From Macrostomum lignano (Eukaryota), in contig NIVC01001472.1 of the NCBI GenBank assembly GCA_002269645.1, positions 182,205 through 246,204 of the forward strand: a DNA stretch of 64,000 bases. Reading direction: 5' to 3'. The notes under the pieces are model-generated. The model was not told the origin of the DNA. It made no database searches and saw only the letters and a program-made list of their open reading frames with translations. Positions 49,497-62,916 of the stretch are shown here, piece after piece; the first letter of the stretch is position 1, and each line of letters starts with the position of its first letter. A program made the position numbers and the translations under genes.

Positions 49497-50096
49497 AGGT
49501 TTCAAATTGCTCAGTATGGCGCCCCTCTAGTCTAGATTATGGCGCCTCTCTAGTCTAGATTATGGCGCCCCTTCCAGTGTATACTATGGCGCCCCTCTAG
49601 TGTAGATCATGGCGCCCCTTCCAGTGTATACTATGGCGCCCCTCTAGTCTAGATTATGGCGCCCCTTCCAGTGTATACTATGGCGCCCCTCTAGTGTATA
49701 CTATGGCGCCCCTTTAGTGTATACTATGGCGCCCCTCTAATGTATACTATGGCGCCCCTCTAGTGTATACTATGGCGCCCCTTTAGTGTATACTATGGCG
49801 CCCCTCTAATGTATACTATGGCGCCCCTCTAATGTATATTATGGCGCCCCTCTAGTGTATATTATGGCGCCCCTCTAGTGTATATTATGGCGCCCCTCTA
49901 GTGTATATTATGGCGCCCCTCTAGTGTATATTGTGGCGCCCCTCTAGTGTATATTATGGCGCCCCTCTAGTGTATATCATGGCGCCCCTCTAGTGTATAT
50001 CATGGCGCCCCTCTAGTGTATTATGGCGCCCCCATTGTTACGAGCTCATATGGTTAAAACCCGCCCCCTCATTTTATATTTCTAAATCCGCCTCTG
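49497..50096 (-). mobile_element. Truncated second copy of the hAT MITE family with an expanded 23-bp minisatellite
   Basis: One terminus (CTAAATCCGCCTCTG at 50082-96); same GGCGCCCCTCTAGTGTATATTAT unit as 39740-40050; second end and TSD not found. Confidence 0.8.
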
Positions 50097-51175
50097 GCTT
50101 ATTAGAAATTCAGAGTTACTGAAAATCTAGTCCCCAAATTTAAAACAGGTGCGTAATTATGCCCCAATGAACCGTGATCAAAATAGAGATTTCTGCTTTC
50201 AAAAGAAGTCAGCGCAAGTCCTTTAACCCGCCCTGTCAATGCGGTTGATCAGTCAGAGAAGACCAGAGATTGAAAAGTCATAAAAAGCGGTTGTTTATGC
50301 GAGTTTTCCTGTCCATGCCGATATTTATGACTTAATTAGAGCTTCGCAGCCACTAATCCGGCGCTAATCCCGTGTAGGCTTGTAAACAACCTCCATTTGG
50401 GCAGCAGCTGGTTGAGGATGAAAAAATTTCGCAGTTTCGCGCGGCTTTTTTGAATAAAAATGCGCAGCAGCAGTTTAAATTCCCGGAAGCTGGGTGCGAA
50501 TAACTCCCGGTCATTAACCCCCCCCCCTCCTCGAACCATCAGTGACTGTTCTGTCGGGAAAAATGTGCTAGAGGGTGCATGGTTAACGCCTTCACACAGA
50601 TGCCCGCCAAAAGTAGAGCCAGCCAGCAGCCTAAAGCCAGGGGATGCTGGAGATGGAGGACTGGAGCGAAAGGCTTTACCCAACCGGTTTTAAGGGCCTA
50701 ATATCAGGTATCTCCATAATGAGCAGAAGTTGACAATTGTGAAGCCCAATCAGTTTTCAATAGTTTAGAGAACTGTAGAACAATGCGTACTTGAGGAAGG
50801 TTTTCTAGTCCAGATCTCTCTGGCTCCAGGCGTCCATGCCAAAAGCCACCACCTGGGAGGCGTGGACGAGTTTCTGCTCCCAATTTGCTGCAGACTAATA
50901 AGTCAAGGCTGCTTGAGGCGCAGGGCCGGCTGCAGACGGAAACCCGCAACGGAGGAAGTGTCAGTCTGTGAGAAGAGGGGAAGAGAGATCAAATTTCTAA
51001 CAGAATTTCATTGAACTCTCTGCTCTGCCTTCAGCTTGGGGCTCCAACCCGCATTTTCACTTCCTGCACGCGGTTGCAAGACTCCAGCGGCCACGCCAGT
51101 ATTGACCAAGTCATTATTCTTCCCTTGCTAGCATGCAATAATTCCTTTCGCTTTCATTTTCCATTTCTCTGACAG

Positions 51176-51382
51176 AGCCAGCTCCGGACTGAAGCGATCG
51201 GCCAACATCAAAAAAATACTCGCAGAAAGAAGAAGACACGAACTCATGGACGTCCGGGATGAGAGCTGGTTCTTCCAGGAAATGTCTCCGCTGCTGGCGA
51301 CGGAGCTGCTGAAGAAGATGCCAAACAATGAGGGCGCATTTCTCGTGCGCTGCTTCAAGAAGCGCCTGGCTTTGTCCTATGT
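51176..51382 (+). CDS. SH2-kinase-fold gene, exon with the SH2 N-terminal half (WFFQEMSPLLATELLKKMPNNEGAFLVRCFKKRLALSY)
   Basis: TGACAG acceptor, GTGAGT donor, phase 2-2; WF...GxFLVR SH2 signature. Confidence 0.88.
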
Positions 51383-52019
51383 GTGAGTTTTGCTGCACTT
51401 TTTGGTCGGGTTGATAAGAATTGATTGGATTTGCAGCAGGTCCAGAGCCAGTCAGTCAGCTGGCTTAGTGCGACTTACCCCCACGCTTATCTTAACAAGA
51501 TCGAGCTGCGGGGCTTGCCACCAACTGTGGTTCAGGGCAAGGCATATCCGATACCCTCGGCCTTGGTTGCTAGGACGGATATTGCAAACCGGTTACCTCC
51601 CCCCATTCCATTACTGTGCTAGCGCCACTAATTAAGTATCGACTAAAACAGCCGATCGATATTTATCCTTGTCCAATTAACTTTTACAGGAGTAGCGCAG
51701 ATTTGATATTTATCCCGCGAATCAGTTAATGATAATTATTTTACGACAAATATCGATTACATTTTAAGCACTGATTTTCAGGTAATTCGAATTATTCATC
51801 CTGTTGAAGGTCTAGAAGGTCTGACTCACGCGCCACGACCCCCTAGTTTGATCTCGTGCTCGGTGCTGTGGGTGCCGTGGGGTTGTGGTGCAATTCACAC
51901 AAATGAGGGCCAACCCCCAAGGCACAGAGTGTACATGCCTGACGATAAAGTCAGTCAGGGCCGTACAATATTGGCTAGCTTGCATGCGCTCAGGAGTCAG
52001 TGGCTTTGGTGATCAACGC

Positions 52020-52760
52020 TTCGCGATCAACCCGAGTTGGCTTGGTGATCAACGCATCCAAGACTGAGGTGTCCACGTGGGCACTGCAACTACCCCTGCG
52101 CTAGCTCTTCCAAATGGAGAAGTCGTCAAGGTGTGCGAGGACTTCCGCTACCTCGGCTCCCTTGTCTTGAGCCCCGACACCATTGTTTCTGACAGGAGGA
52201 CTCAGGCCTGGCGTGCGGCACGCATGCTCAGGAGCGTCTTCAATTCAACCGCTAGCGACGACCTAAAGATGCGCCTTTTCCGCACTGCCGTTGAGCCGAT
52301 TCTCCTATATGGCATGGAGGCTGTGCCAATGACTGCGACGCGACAGCAAGCCCTGGATGCCCACTACAGGTCGTTGCTCCGCTATGCCCTGGGCGTGCAC
52401 TACCCTGATACTGTGCCGACCAGGGACCTGATGACTCGCGCTGGTGTTCCCGCGCTCAGCTGCACTATCCGTAAACGCCGTCAGATGTTACTTGGCCCAC
52501 TGTCTAAGAAGCCACGGCCGCGGCGAGCAAAATCCTCTGGCGCTGGCTCTCCTGCATCAGCCCACTGAGCGCCTGCGTCGTGGCCAAGGCCGAACTGTGA
52601 CGCTAAATGATACGTTTCTGACTGACTTGCAGGCCATCGGGCTCAGCCCCAGTCCGCCATGACTTGCCCCTCTTGGTTGTTCTGCGAACGCGTCCGCGCA
52701 AAGTCTAGCTAGATCTCTTTTTGTCTGTACTACTCTCTGCGTCGCCATATATATATATAA
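52020..52760 (+). mobile_element. 5'-truncated, frameshifted non-LTR retrotransposon fragment (RT C-terminus; RTE-like)
   Basis: GLVINASKTEV, FRYLGS, VEPILLYGMEA motifs; frameshifts near 52075 and 52495; ends near a (TA)n tract at 52747. Confidence 0.8.
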
Positions 52761-52915
52761 TGGACAAAGGCGTTGCGCCATGGTGCCCACAGCGATCCTT
52801 CAAATATATATTTAACTTGTAATATATATTTATACCGGTATATCGACAATCTTGCATGCTGCTATGTCAAGGGCCTTATATAGGACCAGTACAACCCGTT
52901 CCTAAACTCGCACAG

Positions 52916-53174
52916 CTGGCAGCAAACCGTCAAACACTGCTGGATCACCTCCGACCCATCGGGAATCGGTTGCTACCTGCTGCCACAGGAGCGATTCGAC
53001 TCCGTGCAGGAGCTCGTGCAGCACTACGGCAGCACGCCGTGCAGCGGCCTGGCCGGGCTGCGTCTGCAGCGCTACCCGCTGGCGGAGGACGTGGAGAATT
53101 TTCTGCGTCTGCCGCCCGCCGACATCGAGATCGGCTCTGACGGACGGAGCTGCTCGCTGGTCAACCCGCTGACG
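52916..53174 (+). CDS. SH2-kinase-fold gene, SH2 C-terminal half and linker (VKHCWI...ERFDSVQELVQHY...PPADIEIG)
   Basis: GCACAG acceptor phase 2, GTTAGG donor phase 0; VKH and FxSxxELVxHY SH2 motifs. Confidence 0.88.
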
Positions 53175-53212
53175 GTTAGGCGCTTTCATTGCATTGAATC
53201 TTAGTCACCCCC

Positions 53213-53915
53213 GATCCTGCGCTTATCGGGAAGCTTATGGTATCCTAGACATTAGCGGATCCTGCGCTTATCGGGAAGCTTATGGTATCCTAGACATTAG
53301 CGGATCCTGCGCTTATCGGGAAGCTTATAGTATCCTAGACATTAGTGGATCCTGCGCTTATCGGGAAGCTTATAGTATCCTAGGCATTAGCGAATCCTGC
53401 GCTTATCGGGAAGCTTATAGTATCCTAGACATCAGTGGATCCTGCGCTTATCGGGAAGCTTATGGTATCCTAGACATTAGCGGATCCTGCGCTTATCGGG
53501 AAGCTTATGGTATCCTAGACATTAGTGGATCCTGCGCTTATCGGGTAGCTTATAGTATCCTAGACATTAGTGGATCCTGCGCTTATCGGGAAGCTTATAG
53601 TATCCTAGGCATTAGCGAATCCTGCGCTTATCGGGAAGCTTATAGTATCCTAGACAGTGGTGGATCCTGCGCTTATCGGGAAGCTTACGTCGTATAGTAT
53701 CCTAGACAGTGGTGGATCCTGCGCTTATCGAGTAGCTTATAGTATCCTAGGCATTAGCGGATCCTGCGCTTATCGAGTAGCTTATAGTATCCTAGGCATT
53801 AGCGGATCCTGCGCTTATCGAGTAGCTTATAGTATCCTAGGCATTAGTGGATCCTGCGCTTATCGAGTAGCTTATAGTATCCTAGGCATTAGTGGATCCT
53901 GCGCTTATCGGGTAG
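53213..53915. repeat. 45-bp minisatellite (GGATCCTGCGCTTATCGGGAAGCTTATAGTATCCTAGACATTAGT), ~16 copies
   Basis: Direct tandem periodicity. Confidence 0.95.
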
Positions 53916-54902
53916 CCTACCACGCTCCGATGTAATTTTTTACCTACTAATCTAAACAAAATGATAGAATGGCAGTTGTTAATGGACAGAGGCCAGCTTT
54001 CACAATTATGCTCTCAGTCACTCTCTCTCTCTCCCTATCTCTTCTTTCTCTTGAGCATTGATTTCTAAACACTTCCAGTGAGTTGAGTCCATCAACTCAT
54101 TTCGAGTTGTTGCGCGGTCCTCCCCACCGAACCACTCTGGTTGGACATGTTATATCGATGCCTGCATGTCTATGCCAAAAGATATTCTGTTGCTCAAGTA
54201 CTCTCTGAACTCAACAAATTTTTGTTCAAGTTTTGAGTCGCGTGTACGCGAATCTGCCAAGCGCAATAGATTGAAGCTGCTGGACTGAGGGGAGAGGGTC
54301 AGGCAGAGGGAAGGGAGCGGCTGAGGTTTGAGATGCCTGCTCCACTGAACGGCCCGAGGCCTGGGCGTGGAGCTGCCACAGCCACGTCAGGGGCGGGGGG
54401 GTTCGTGAAGGATTTTTTTAACGCTCTCTGAAACTAAAGGGAAATTGCAAGATTGTCGTCGTTAAAAACTCAGGGCTTGAGCAGCCGTCGGGGGAGGCAT
54501 TGTGGGAGCTGTTTGCTGAGTTTGATAGACACTTTCGGCCTCTTTGGAAGCGCCCCGTTCAAGGTGGGAAGTAGAGAAACTTACAGTTCCGGGTTTCAAA
54601 TTCAGAACAATAACAATCAGCCGCGCCCGTGCCGGGGGTTGGGGAGACTGGAGGAAGGGGTGGGTGGCCTTCGCGCCTCATGAAACATTCAAAGATCCCC
54701 TATTCTCTTCTCGACACATTCTCTGTTGTATGCGGGCCCACTGAGGCTGCAAGGTGGGAAGGTGTAGCAGGTTGAGTGGAGTGAGGTGTTGGCTGGGGGC
54801 TACAGGGAGAAAGGGAAAGTGACTGCAAGGCGACGCGGCTGGCGACAAAACTCTTCGCCCCTCTTGCCTCCCCGTCTCTCTCATCTACCTGAGGCGCCAA
54901 GC

Positions 54903-55500
54903 CGAGTGTCAGGGGGAGGGGGGCACTAAACTCTTGTCCACTAGGTGTCAGGGAGCGCTAAACTCTTGTCCACTGGGTGTCAGGGAGCGCTAAACTCTTG
55001 TCCACTGGGTGTCAGGGAGCGCTAAACTCTTGTCCACTGGGTGTCAGGGAGCGCTAAACTCTTGTCCACTGGGTGTCAGGGAGCGCTAAACTCTTGTCGA
55101 CTGGGTGTCAGGGAGCGCTAAACTCTTGTCCACTGGGTGTCAGGGAGCGCTAAACTCTTGTCCACTGGGTGTCAGGGAGCGCTAAACTCTTGTCCACTGG
55201 GTGTCAGGGAGCGCTAAACTCTTGTCCACTAGGTGTCAGGGAGCGCTAAACTCTTGTCCACTGGGTGTCAGGGAGCGCTAAACTCTTGTCCACTGGGTGT
55301 CAGGGAGCGCTAAACTCTTGTCCACTGGGTGTCAGGGAGCGCTAAACTCTTTTCCAGTCTGAGGCGCCATGCCGAGTGTCAGGGAGCGCTAAACTCTTGT
55401 CCAGTCTGAGGCGCCATGCCGAGTGTCAGGGAGCGCTAAACTCTTGTCCAGTCTGAGGCGCCATGCCGAGTGTCAGGGAGGCGCTAAACTCTTACCCAGT
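54903..55500. repeat. 32-bp minisatellite (GTGTCAGGGAGCGCTAAACTCTTGTCCACTGG) with longer terminal variants, ~17 copies
   Basis: Direct tandem periodicity. Confidence 0.94.
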
Positions 55501-56280
55501 CAGGAGGCGCCAAGTTAACTGTCAGGGCAAGCGCCGGTACTGTAAAACCAGTCAAAAGTGGCGCTAAACAAAATCTTATAGAACAGTGAGATAATGGTGT
55601 CAGCCGATACGACCTGAACACTCACACAACGTGAGCCCGTACCATCCAGTTAAAGTATGGCCGCGCAGGCAAGTCATAGCAGTCGGGGCAGACTGCCCAA
55701 TGTGTGCACAGGATTGGCCACAATAGTATTTACGATGCTTGGCAAGCTGCACAAAAGCCAGGTTTAATCGGAGCTAACAAATGGAGCCAAGCTGTACAAG
55801 AATTTGTTTATTCATCAAGTCACTCGATACTGGACTCTTCCTGGGGAGACTTGGAATCACTCGCAGAAACCGGATATGTAAAGGAATCATGTTTCTTCTT
55901 TCTTTATAAAATAACTCTTCTGCTATAAGATCGTGGAATCAAGTTCTTTTCTGACGTGCATGTCTCATGTCTGTCTGCTCAAACTCATTCGGAAGTGTTG
56001 TAAGTGGACGCCCCCCCCGCTCTCACCTACACGACCTCTTCAACTCAGTGTCTCTCTGTAGCAGCAGGGTTGGGCAGCCAGTGCTCAAGCATAGGAGAAG
56101 AGAGTGAGACCCACTTCAGTGCCAGCAGCTGAGTGTCAAGCTAATAGCTCAATGGCTTCCATGCCCTCTGCATGCCCTACCGATCTGCTTCTCTGTCCCG
56201 CCTGTCAAACACTATCACAGCGCCACTGTCATAAACGGCCTTTAAAAAGTTAACTTTTTCTGTCCTGACCGCACTCGCAG

Positions 56281-56387
56281 ACTCTCGAGCACGGCAGATT
56301 CGGTCACGAGGCTGTGAGCGCCATCAATCGGCGGTACAATTCGCACGAAGTGACCGCCTGTCTGAGGAACGCCGCCTCCATGCTCAT
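56281..56387 (+). CDS. SH2-kinase-fold gene, kinase N-lobe exon (TLEHGRFGHEAVSAINRRYNSHEVTACLRNAASML)
   Basis: CTCGCAG acceptor phase 0 matching the upstream donor, GTGAGT donor phase 2, open frame. Confidence 0.7.
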
Positions 56388-56431
56388 GTGAGTTCACGCT
56401 GACTTTGGGGGTTATGTCAGACATCTCACTG

Positions 56432-57085
56432 CCTTCTCAGACACCCTGATGTATTCTCAGACACCCTGATGTATTCTCAGACACCCTGATGTATTCTCAG
56501 ACACCCTGCTGTCTTCTCAAACACCCTGATGTATTCTCAAACACCCTGCTGTCTTCTCAGACACCCTGATGTATTCTCAGACACCCTGATGTATTCTCAG
56601 ACACCCTGCTGTCTCCTCAGACACCCTGCTGTCTTCTCAGACACCCTGCTGTCTCCTCAGACACCCTGCTGTCTTCTCAGACACCCTGCTGTCTCCTCAG
56701 ACACCCTGCTGTCTTCTCAAACACCCTGCTGTCTTCTCAGACACCCTGCTGTCTCCTCAGACACCCTGATGTATTCTCAGACACCCTGCTGTCTTCTCAG
56801 ACACCCTGCTGTCTCCTCAGACACCCTGCTGTCTTCTCAGACACCCTGCTGTCTTCTCAGACACCCTGCTGTCTTCTCAGACACCCTGCTTTTTCCCCAG
56901 ACACTCTGATATCTTCTCAAACACCCTGCTATCTTCTCAAACACCCTGCTATCTTCTCAAACACCCTGCTGTCTTCCCAAACACCCTGCTGTCTTCCCAG
57001 ACACTGTGCCATCTTCTCAGATATCCTGCCGTCTTCTCAAACATCCCGTTATCTTTTTCAGACACCCTGCTGTCTTCTCAGACAC
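56432..57085. repeat. 20-bp minisatellite (CTCAGACACCCTGCTGTCTT), ~32 copies
   Basis: Direct tandem periodicity. Confidence 0.94.
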
Positions 57086-58004
57086 CCAAATACCTTTACA
57101 GGCACCCTAATATCTTAAAAGACACCACACTACCTCCTTGACATTCCCCACTACCTTTCCAATTGCTCAAACAGCGTTTTTACTATACTCGTAACTGGTT
57201 ACTCAGCCCAAGGATCGCTGAAAAGCATAAATAGATCTGACTCAATGTCTGCCCTCAATGTTCTTGTCAGTGCCTGTCACATTTGTCTACCTCTCTGCAC
57301 CGGCTCGCGCTATTAACAACAGACCGTCACCCTCCAGTCCACTCGAGCCTCGCCTTCAACCAGCTCCGCACTTAACCTGCCACCCACCGCGACCTGTCAA
57401 ATCTGAGTGGTGACGATAGAAAATGAAAGCGCTGGTTTCCGCCTACAATAGAAATGGTGCGTCAAGCACTGAGGTTGAGGCCCAGGGGTGGCACTGAGCA
57501 AAGGTGTAGGTAGTTCGCCAATTTTCGCCCTGTCAATCAGCCGACAACACGGCAGCGGCCTGTTAATTGCAAGGCGTCGCACAATGGGGGGTTGTAGCGC
57601 GCCTTGCTGAGCGCTCAAGCAATTAACTTAATAACCATTGGTTCTCGCAACACGCTTCTTCCAAATGCAGAGTACCCACTTGTCGCGTCCTCCGATGGTC
57701 AGGCTGAGAGAAAAAAAGCTGAGATGAAGTGCAACTTCAGGATATTACAGTTCCGGACACTGTACAAGAGTTTTCTTTGTGAAATTTTATGCAATTTATT
57801 TTCTTTTTGGGGGTCGATTTGCTAAATTAACTTCTTCAACAGCTTTTTGCTTGGACTGCAGCTTGTCCAGCACTTGTCAATTGTTAATTGTGGGAACCTC
57901 TCGCTTTCACTCCTGGCTTCGGGCCTACAGCTTTTTACGCGCGGTTAACAAAGAAAACTAATGCAGTAGTGTATTGAATAACAGTATGCAAGTTTATTGA
58001 ACAG

Positions 58005-61000
58005 CCTAAAAGCACAGCCTAAGAGCTTATAGAACAGCCTAAAAGCACAGCCTAAGAGCTTATAGAACAGCCTACATGCTTACAGAACAGCCTACATGCT
58101 TACAGAACAGCCTACATGCTTACAGAACAGCCTACATGCTTACAGAACAGCCTACATGCTTACAGAACAGCCTACATGCTTACAGAACAGCCTATATGCT
58201 TACAGAACAGCCTACATGCTTACAGAACAGCCTACATGCTTACAGAACAGCCTACATGCTTACAGAACAGCCTATATGCTTACAGAACAGCCTACATGCT
58301 TACAGAACAGCCTACATGCTTACAGAACAGCCTACATGCTTACAGAACAGCCTACATGCTTACAGAACAGCCTACATGCTTACAGAACAGCCTACATGCT
58401 TACAGAACAGCCTACATGCTTACAGAACAGCCTACATGCTTACAGAACAGCCTACATGCTTACAGAACAGCCTACATGCTTACAGAACAGCCTACATGCT
58501 TACAGAACAGCCTACATGCTTACAGAACAGCCTACATGCTTACAGAACAGCCTACATGCTTACAGAACAGCCTACATGCTTACAGAACAGCCTACATGCT
58601 TACAGAACAGCCTACATGCTTACAGAACAGCCTACATGCTTACAGAACAGCCTACATGCTTACAGAACAGCCTACATGCTTACAGAACAGCCTACATGCT
58701 TACAGAACAGCCTACATGCTTACAGAACAGCCTACATGCTTACAGAACAGCCTACATGCTTACAGAACAGCCTACATGCTTACAGAACAGCCTACATGCT
58801 TACAGAACAGCCTATGCTTACAGAACAGCCTACATGCTTACAGAACAGCCTACATGCTTACAGAACAGCCTACATGCTTACAGAACAGCCTACATGCTTA
58901 CAGAACAGCCTACATGCTTACAGAACAGCCTACATGCTTACAGAACAGCCTACATGCTTACAGAACAGCCTACATGCTTACAGAACAGCCTACATGCTTA
59001 CAGAACAGCCTACATGCTTACAGAACAGCCTACATGCTTACAGAACAGCCTACATGCTTACAGAACAGCCTACATGCTTACAGAACAGCCTACATGCTTA
59101 CAGAACAGCCTACATGCTTACAGAACAGCCTACATGCTTACAGAACAGCCTACATGCTTACAGAACAGCCTATATGCTTACAGAACAGCCTACATGCTTA
59201 CAGAACAGCCTACATGCTTACAGAACAGCCTACATGCTTACAGAACAGCCTACATGCTTACAGAACAGCCTACATGCTTACAGAACAGCCTACATGCTTA
59301 CAGAACAGCCTACATGCTTACAGAACAGCCTACATGCTTACAGAACAGCCTACATGCTTACAGAACAGCCTACATGCTTACAGAACAGCCTACATGCTTA
59401 CAGAACAGCCTACATGCTTACAGAACAGCCTACATGCTTACAGAACAGCCTACATGCTTACAGAACAGCCTACATGCTTACAGAACAGCCTACATGCTTA
59501 CAGAACAGCCTACATGCTTACAGAACAGCCTACATGCTTACAGAACAGCCTACATGCTTACAGAACAGCCTACATGCTTACAGAACAGCCTACATGCTTA
59601 CAGAACAGCCTACATGCTTACAGAACAGCCTACATGCTTACAGAACAGCCTACATGCTTACAGAACAGCCTACATGCTTACAGAACAGCCTACATGCTTA
59701 CAGAACAGCCTACATGCTTACAGAACAGCCTACATGCTTACAGAACAGCCTACATGCTTACAGAACAGCCTACATGCTTACAGAACAGCCTACATGCTTA
59801 CAGAACAGCCTACATGCTTACAGAACAGCCTACATGCTTACAGAACAGCCTACATGCTTACAGAACAGCCTACATGCTTACAGAACAGCCTACATGCTTA
59901 CAGAACAGCCTACATGCTTACAGAACAGCCTACATGCTTACAGAACAGCCTACATGCTTACAGAACAGCCTACATGCTTACAGAACAGCCTACATGCTTA
60001 CAGAACAGCCTACATGCTTACAGAACAGCCTACATGCTTACAGAACAGCCTACATGCTTACAGAACAGCCTACATGCTTACAGAACAGCCTACATGCTTA
60101 CAGAACAGCCTACATGCTTACAGAACAGCCTACATGCTTACAGAACAGCCTACATGCTTACAGAACAGCCTACATGCTTACAGAACAGCCTACATGCTTA
60201 CAGAACAGCCTACATGCTTACAGAACAGCCTACATGCTTACAGAACAGCCTACATGCTTACAGAACAGCCTACATGCTTACAGAACAGCCTACATGCTTA
60301 CAGAACAGCCTACATGCTTACAGAACAGCCTACATGCTTACAGAACAGCCTACATGCTTACAGAACAGCCTATATGCTTACAGAACAGCCTACATGCTTA
60401 CAGAACAGCCTACATGCTTACAGAACAGCCTACATGCTTACAGAACAGCCTACATGCTTACAGAACAGCCTACATGCTTACAGAACAGCCTACATGCTTA
60501 CAGAACAGCCTACATGCTTACAGAACAGCCTACATGCTTACAGAACAGCCTACATGCTTACAGAACAGCCTACATGCTTACAGAACAGCCTACATGCTTA
60601 CAGAACAGCCTACATGCTTACAGAACAGCCTACATGCTTACAGAACAGCCTACATGCTTACAGAACAGCCTACATGCTTACAGAACAGCCTACATGCTTA
60701 CAGAACAGCCTACATGCTTACAGAACAGCCTACATGCTTACAGAACAGCCTACATGCTTACAGAACAGCCTACATGCTTACAGAACAGCCTACATGCTTA
60801 CAGAACAGCCTACATGCTTACAGAACAGCCTACATGCTTACAGAACAGCCTACATGCTTACAGAACAGCCTACATGCTTACAGAACAGCCTACATGCTTA
60901 CAGAACAGCCTATGCTTACAGAACAGCCTACATGCTTACAGAACAGCCTACATGCTTACAGAACAGCCTACATGCTTACAGAACAGCCTACATGCTTACA

Positions 61001-62803
61001 GAACAGCCTACATGCTTACAGAACAGCCTACATGCTTACAGAACAGCCTACATGCTTACAGAACAGCCTACATGCTTACAGAACAGCCTACATGCTTACA
61101 GAACAGCCTACATGCTTACAGAACAGCCTACATGCTTACAGAACAGCCTACATGCTTACAGAACAGCCTACATGCTTACAGAACAGCCTACATGCTTACA
61201 GAACAGCCTACATGCTTACAGAACAGCCTACATGCTTACAGAACAGCCTACATGCTTACAGAACAGCCTACATGCTTACAGAACAGCCTACATGCTTACA
61301 GAACAGCCTACATGCTTACAGAACAGCCTACATGCTTACAGAACAGCCTACATGCTTACAGAACAGCCTACATGCTTACAGAACAGCCTACATGCTTACA
61401 GAACAGCCTACATGCTTACAGAACAGCCTACATGCTTACAGAACAGCCTACATGCTTACAGAACAGCCTACATGCTTACAGAACAGCCTACATGCTTACA
61501 GAACAGCCTACATGCTTACAGAACAGCCTACATGCTTACAGAACAGCCTACATGCTTACAGAACAGCCTACATGCTTACAGAACAGCCTACATGCTTACA
61601 GAACAGCCTATATGCTTACAGAACAGCCTACATGCTTACAGAACAGCCTACATGCTTACAGAACAGCCTACATGCTTACAGAACAGCCTACATGCTTACA
61701 GAACAGCCTACATGCTTACAGAACAGCCTACATGCTTACAGAACAGCCTACATGCTTACAGAACAGCCTACATGCTTACAGAACAGCCTACATGCTTACA
61801 GAACAGCCTACATGCTTACAGAACAGCCTACATGCTTACAGAACAGCCTACATGCTTACAGAACAGCCTACATGCTTACAGAACAGCCTACATGCTTACA
61901 GAACAGCCTACATGCTTACAGAACAGCCTACATGCTTACAGAACAGCCTACATGCTTACAGAACAGCCTACATGCTTACAGAACAGCCTACATGCTTACA
62001 GAACAGCCTACATGCTTACAGAACAGCCTACATGCTTACAGAACAGCCTACATGCTTACAGAACAGCCTACATGCTTACAGAACAGCCTACATGCTTACA
62101 GAACAGCCTACATGCTTACAGAACAGCCTACATGCTTACAGAAGCCTACATGCTTACAGAACAGCCTACATGCTTACAGAACAGCCTACATGCTTACAGA
62201 ACAGCCTACATGCTTACAGAACAGCCTACATGCTTACAGAACAGCCTACATGCTTACAGAACAGCCTATATGCTTACAGAACAGCCTACATGCTTACAGA
62301 ACAGCCTACATGCTTACAGAACAGCCTACATGCTTACAGAACAGCCTACATGCTTACAGAACAGCCTACATGCTTACAGAACAGCCTACATGCTTACAGA
62401 ACAGCCTACATGCTTACAGAACAGCCTACATGCTTACAGAACAGCCTATATGCTTACAGAACAGCCTACATGCTTACAGAACAGCCTACATGCTTACAGA
62501 ACAGCCTACATGCTTACAGAACAGCCTACATGCTTACAGAACAGCCTACATGCTTACAGAACAGCCTACATGCTTACAGAACAGCCTACATGCTTACAGA
62601 ACAGCCTATATGCTTACAGAACAGCCTACATGCTTACAGAACAGCCTACATGCTTACAGAACAGCCTATATGCTTACAGAACAGCCTACATGCTTACAGA
62701 ACAGCCTACATGCTTACAGAACAGCCTACATGCCTACAGAACAGCCTACATGCTTACAGAACAGCCTACATGCTTACAGAACAGCCTACATGCTTACAGA
62801 ACA
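58005..62803. repeat. 4.8-kb highly homogeneous 20-bp satellite (CAGAACAGCCTACATGCTTA), ~238 copies, intronic
   Basis: Direct periodicity with only a handful of variant units. Confidence 0.98.
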
Positions 62804-62916
62804 GACTCAATCATGCAACAACTTTTCTATTAGTAGCGGTGCACCCAGAGTGAGCCATACTCCAAAATTGATTTGTAAAACCCTGTCAAAAATGGAACAT
62901 TTCTAACACCCCAAAG

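Noticed and set aside
50770-50962. Possible upstream exon of the SH2 gene (phase-2 GTCAGT donor at ~50960)
   Set aside because: Weak donor, ambiguous acceptor and no recognisable domain; not supported enough to list
55704-55928. ORF or possible extra kinase exon (IGHNSIYDAW...)
   Set aside because: Its acceptor phase does not match the phase-0 donor at 53174, which already joins cleanly to 56281
58076-62906. Three ~1590-aa ORFs on the + strand
   Set aside because: The 20-bp unit simply lacks a stop in all + frames; the region lies in the kinase-gene intron and the peptide is a pure repeat
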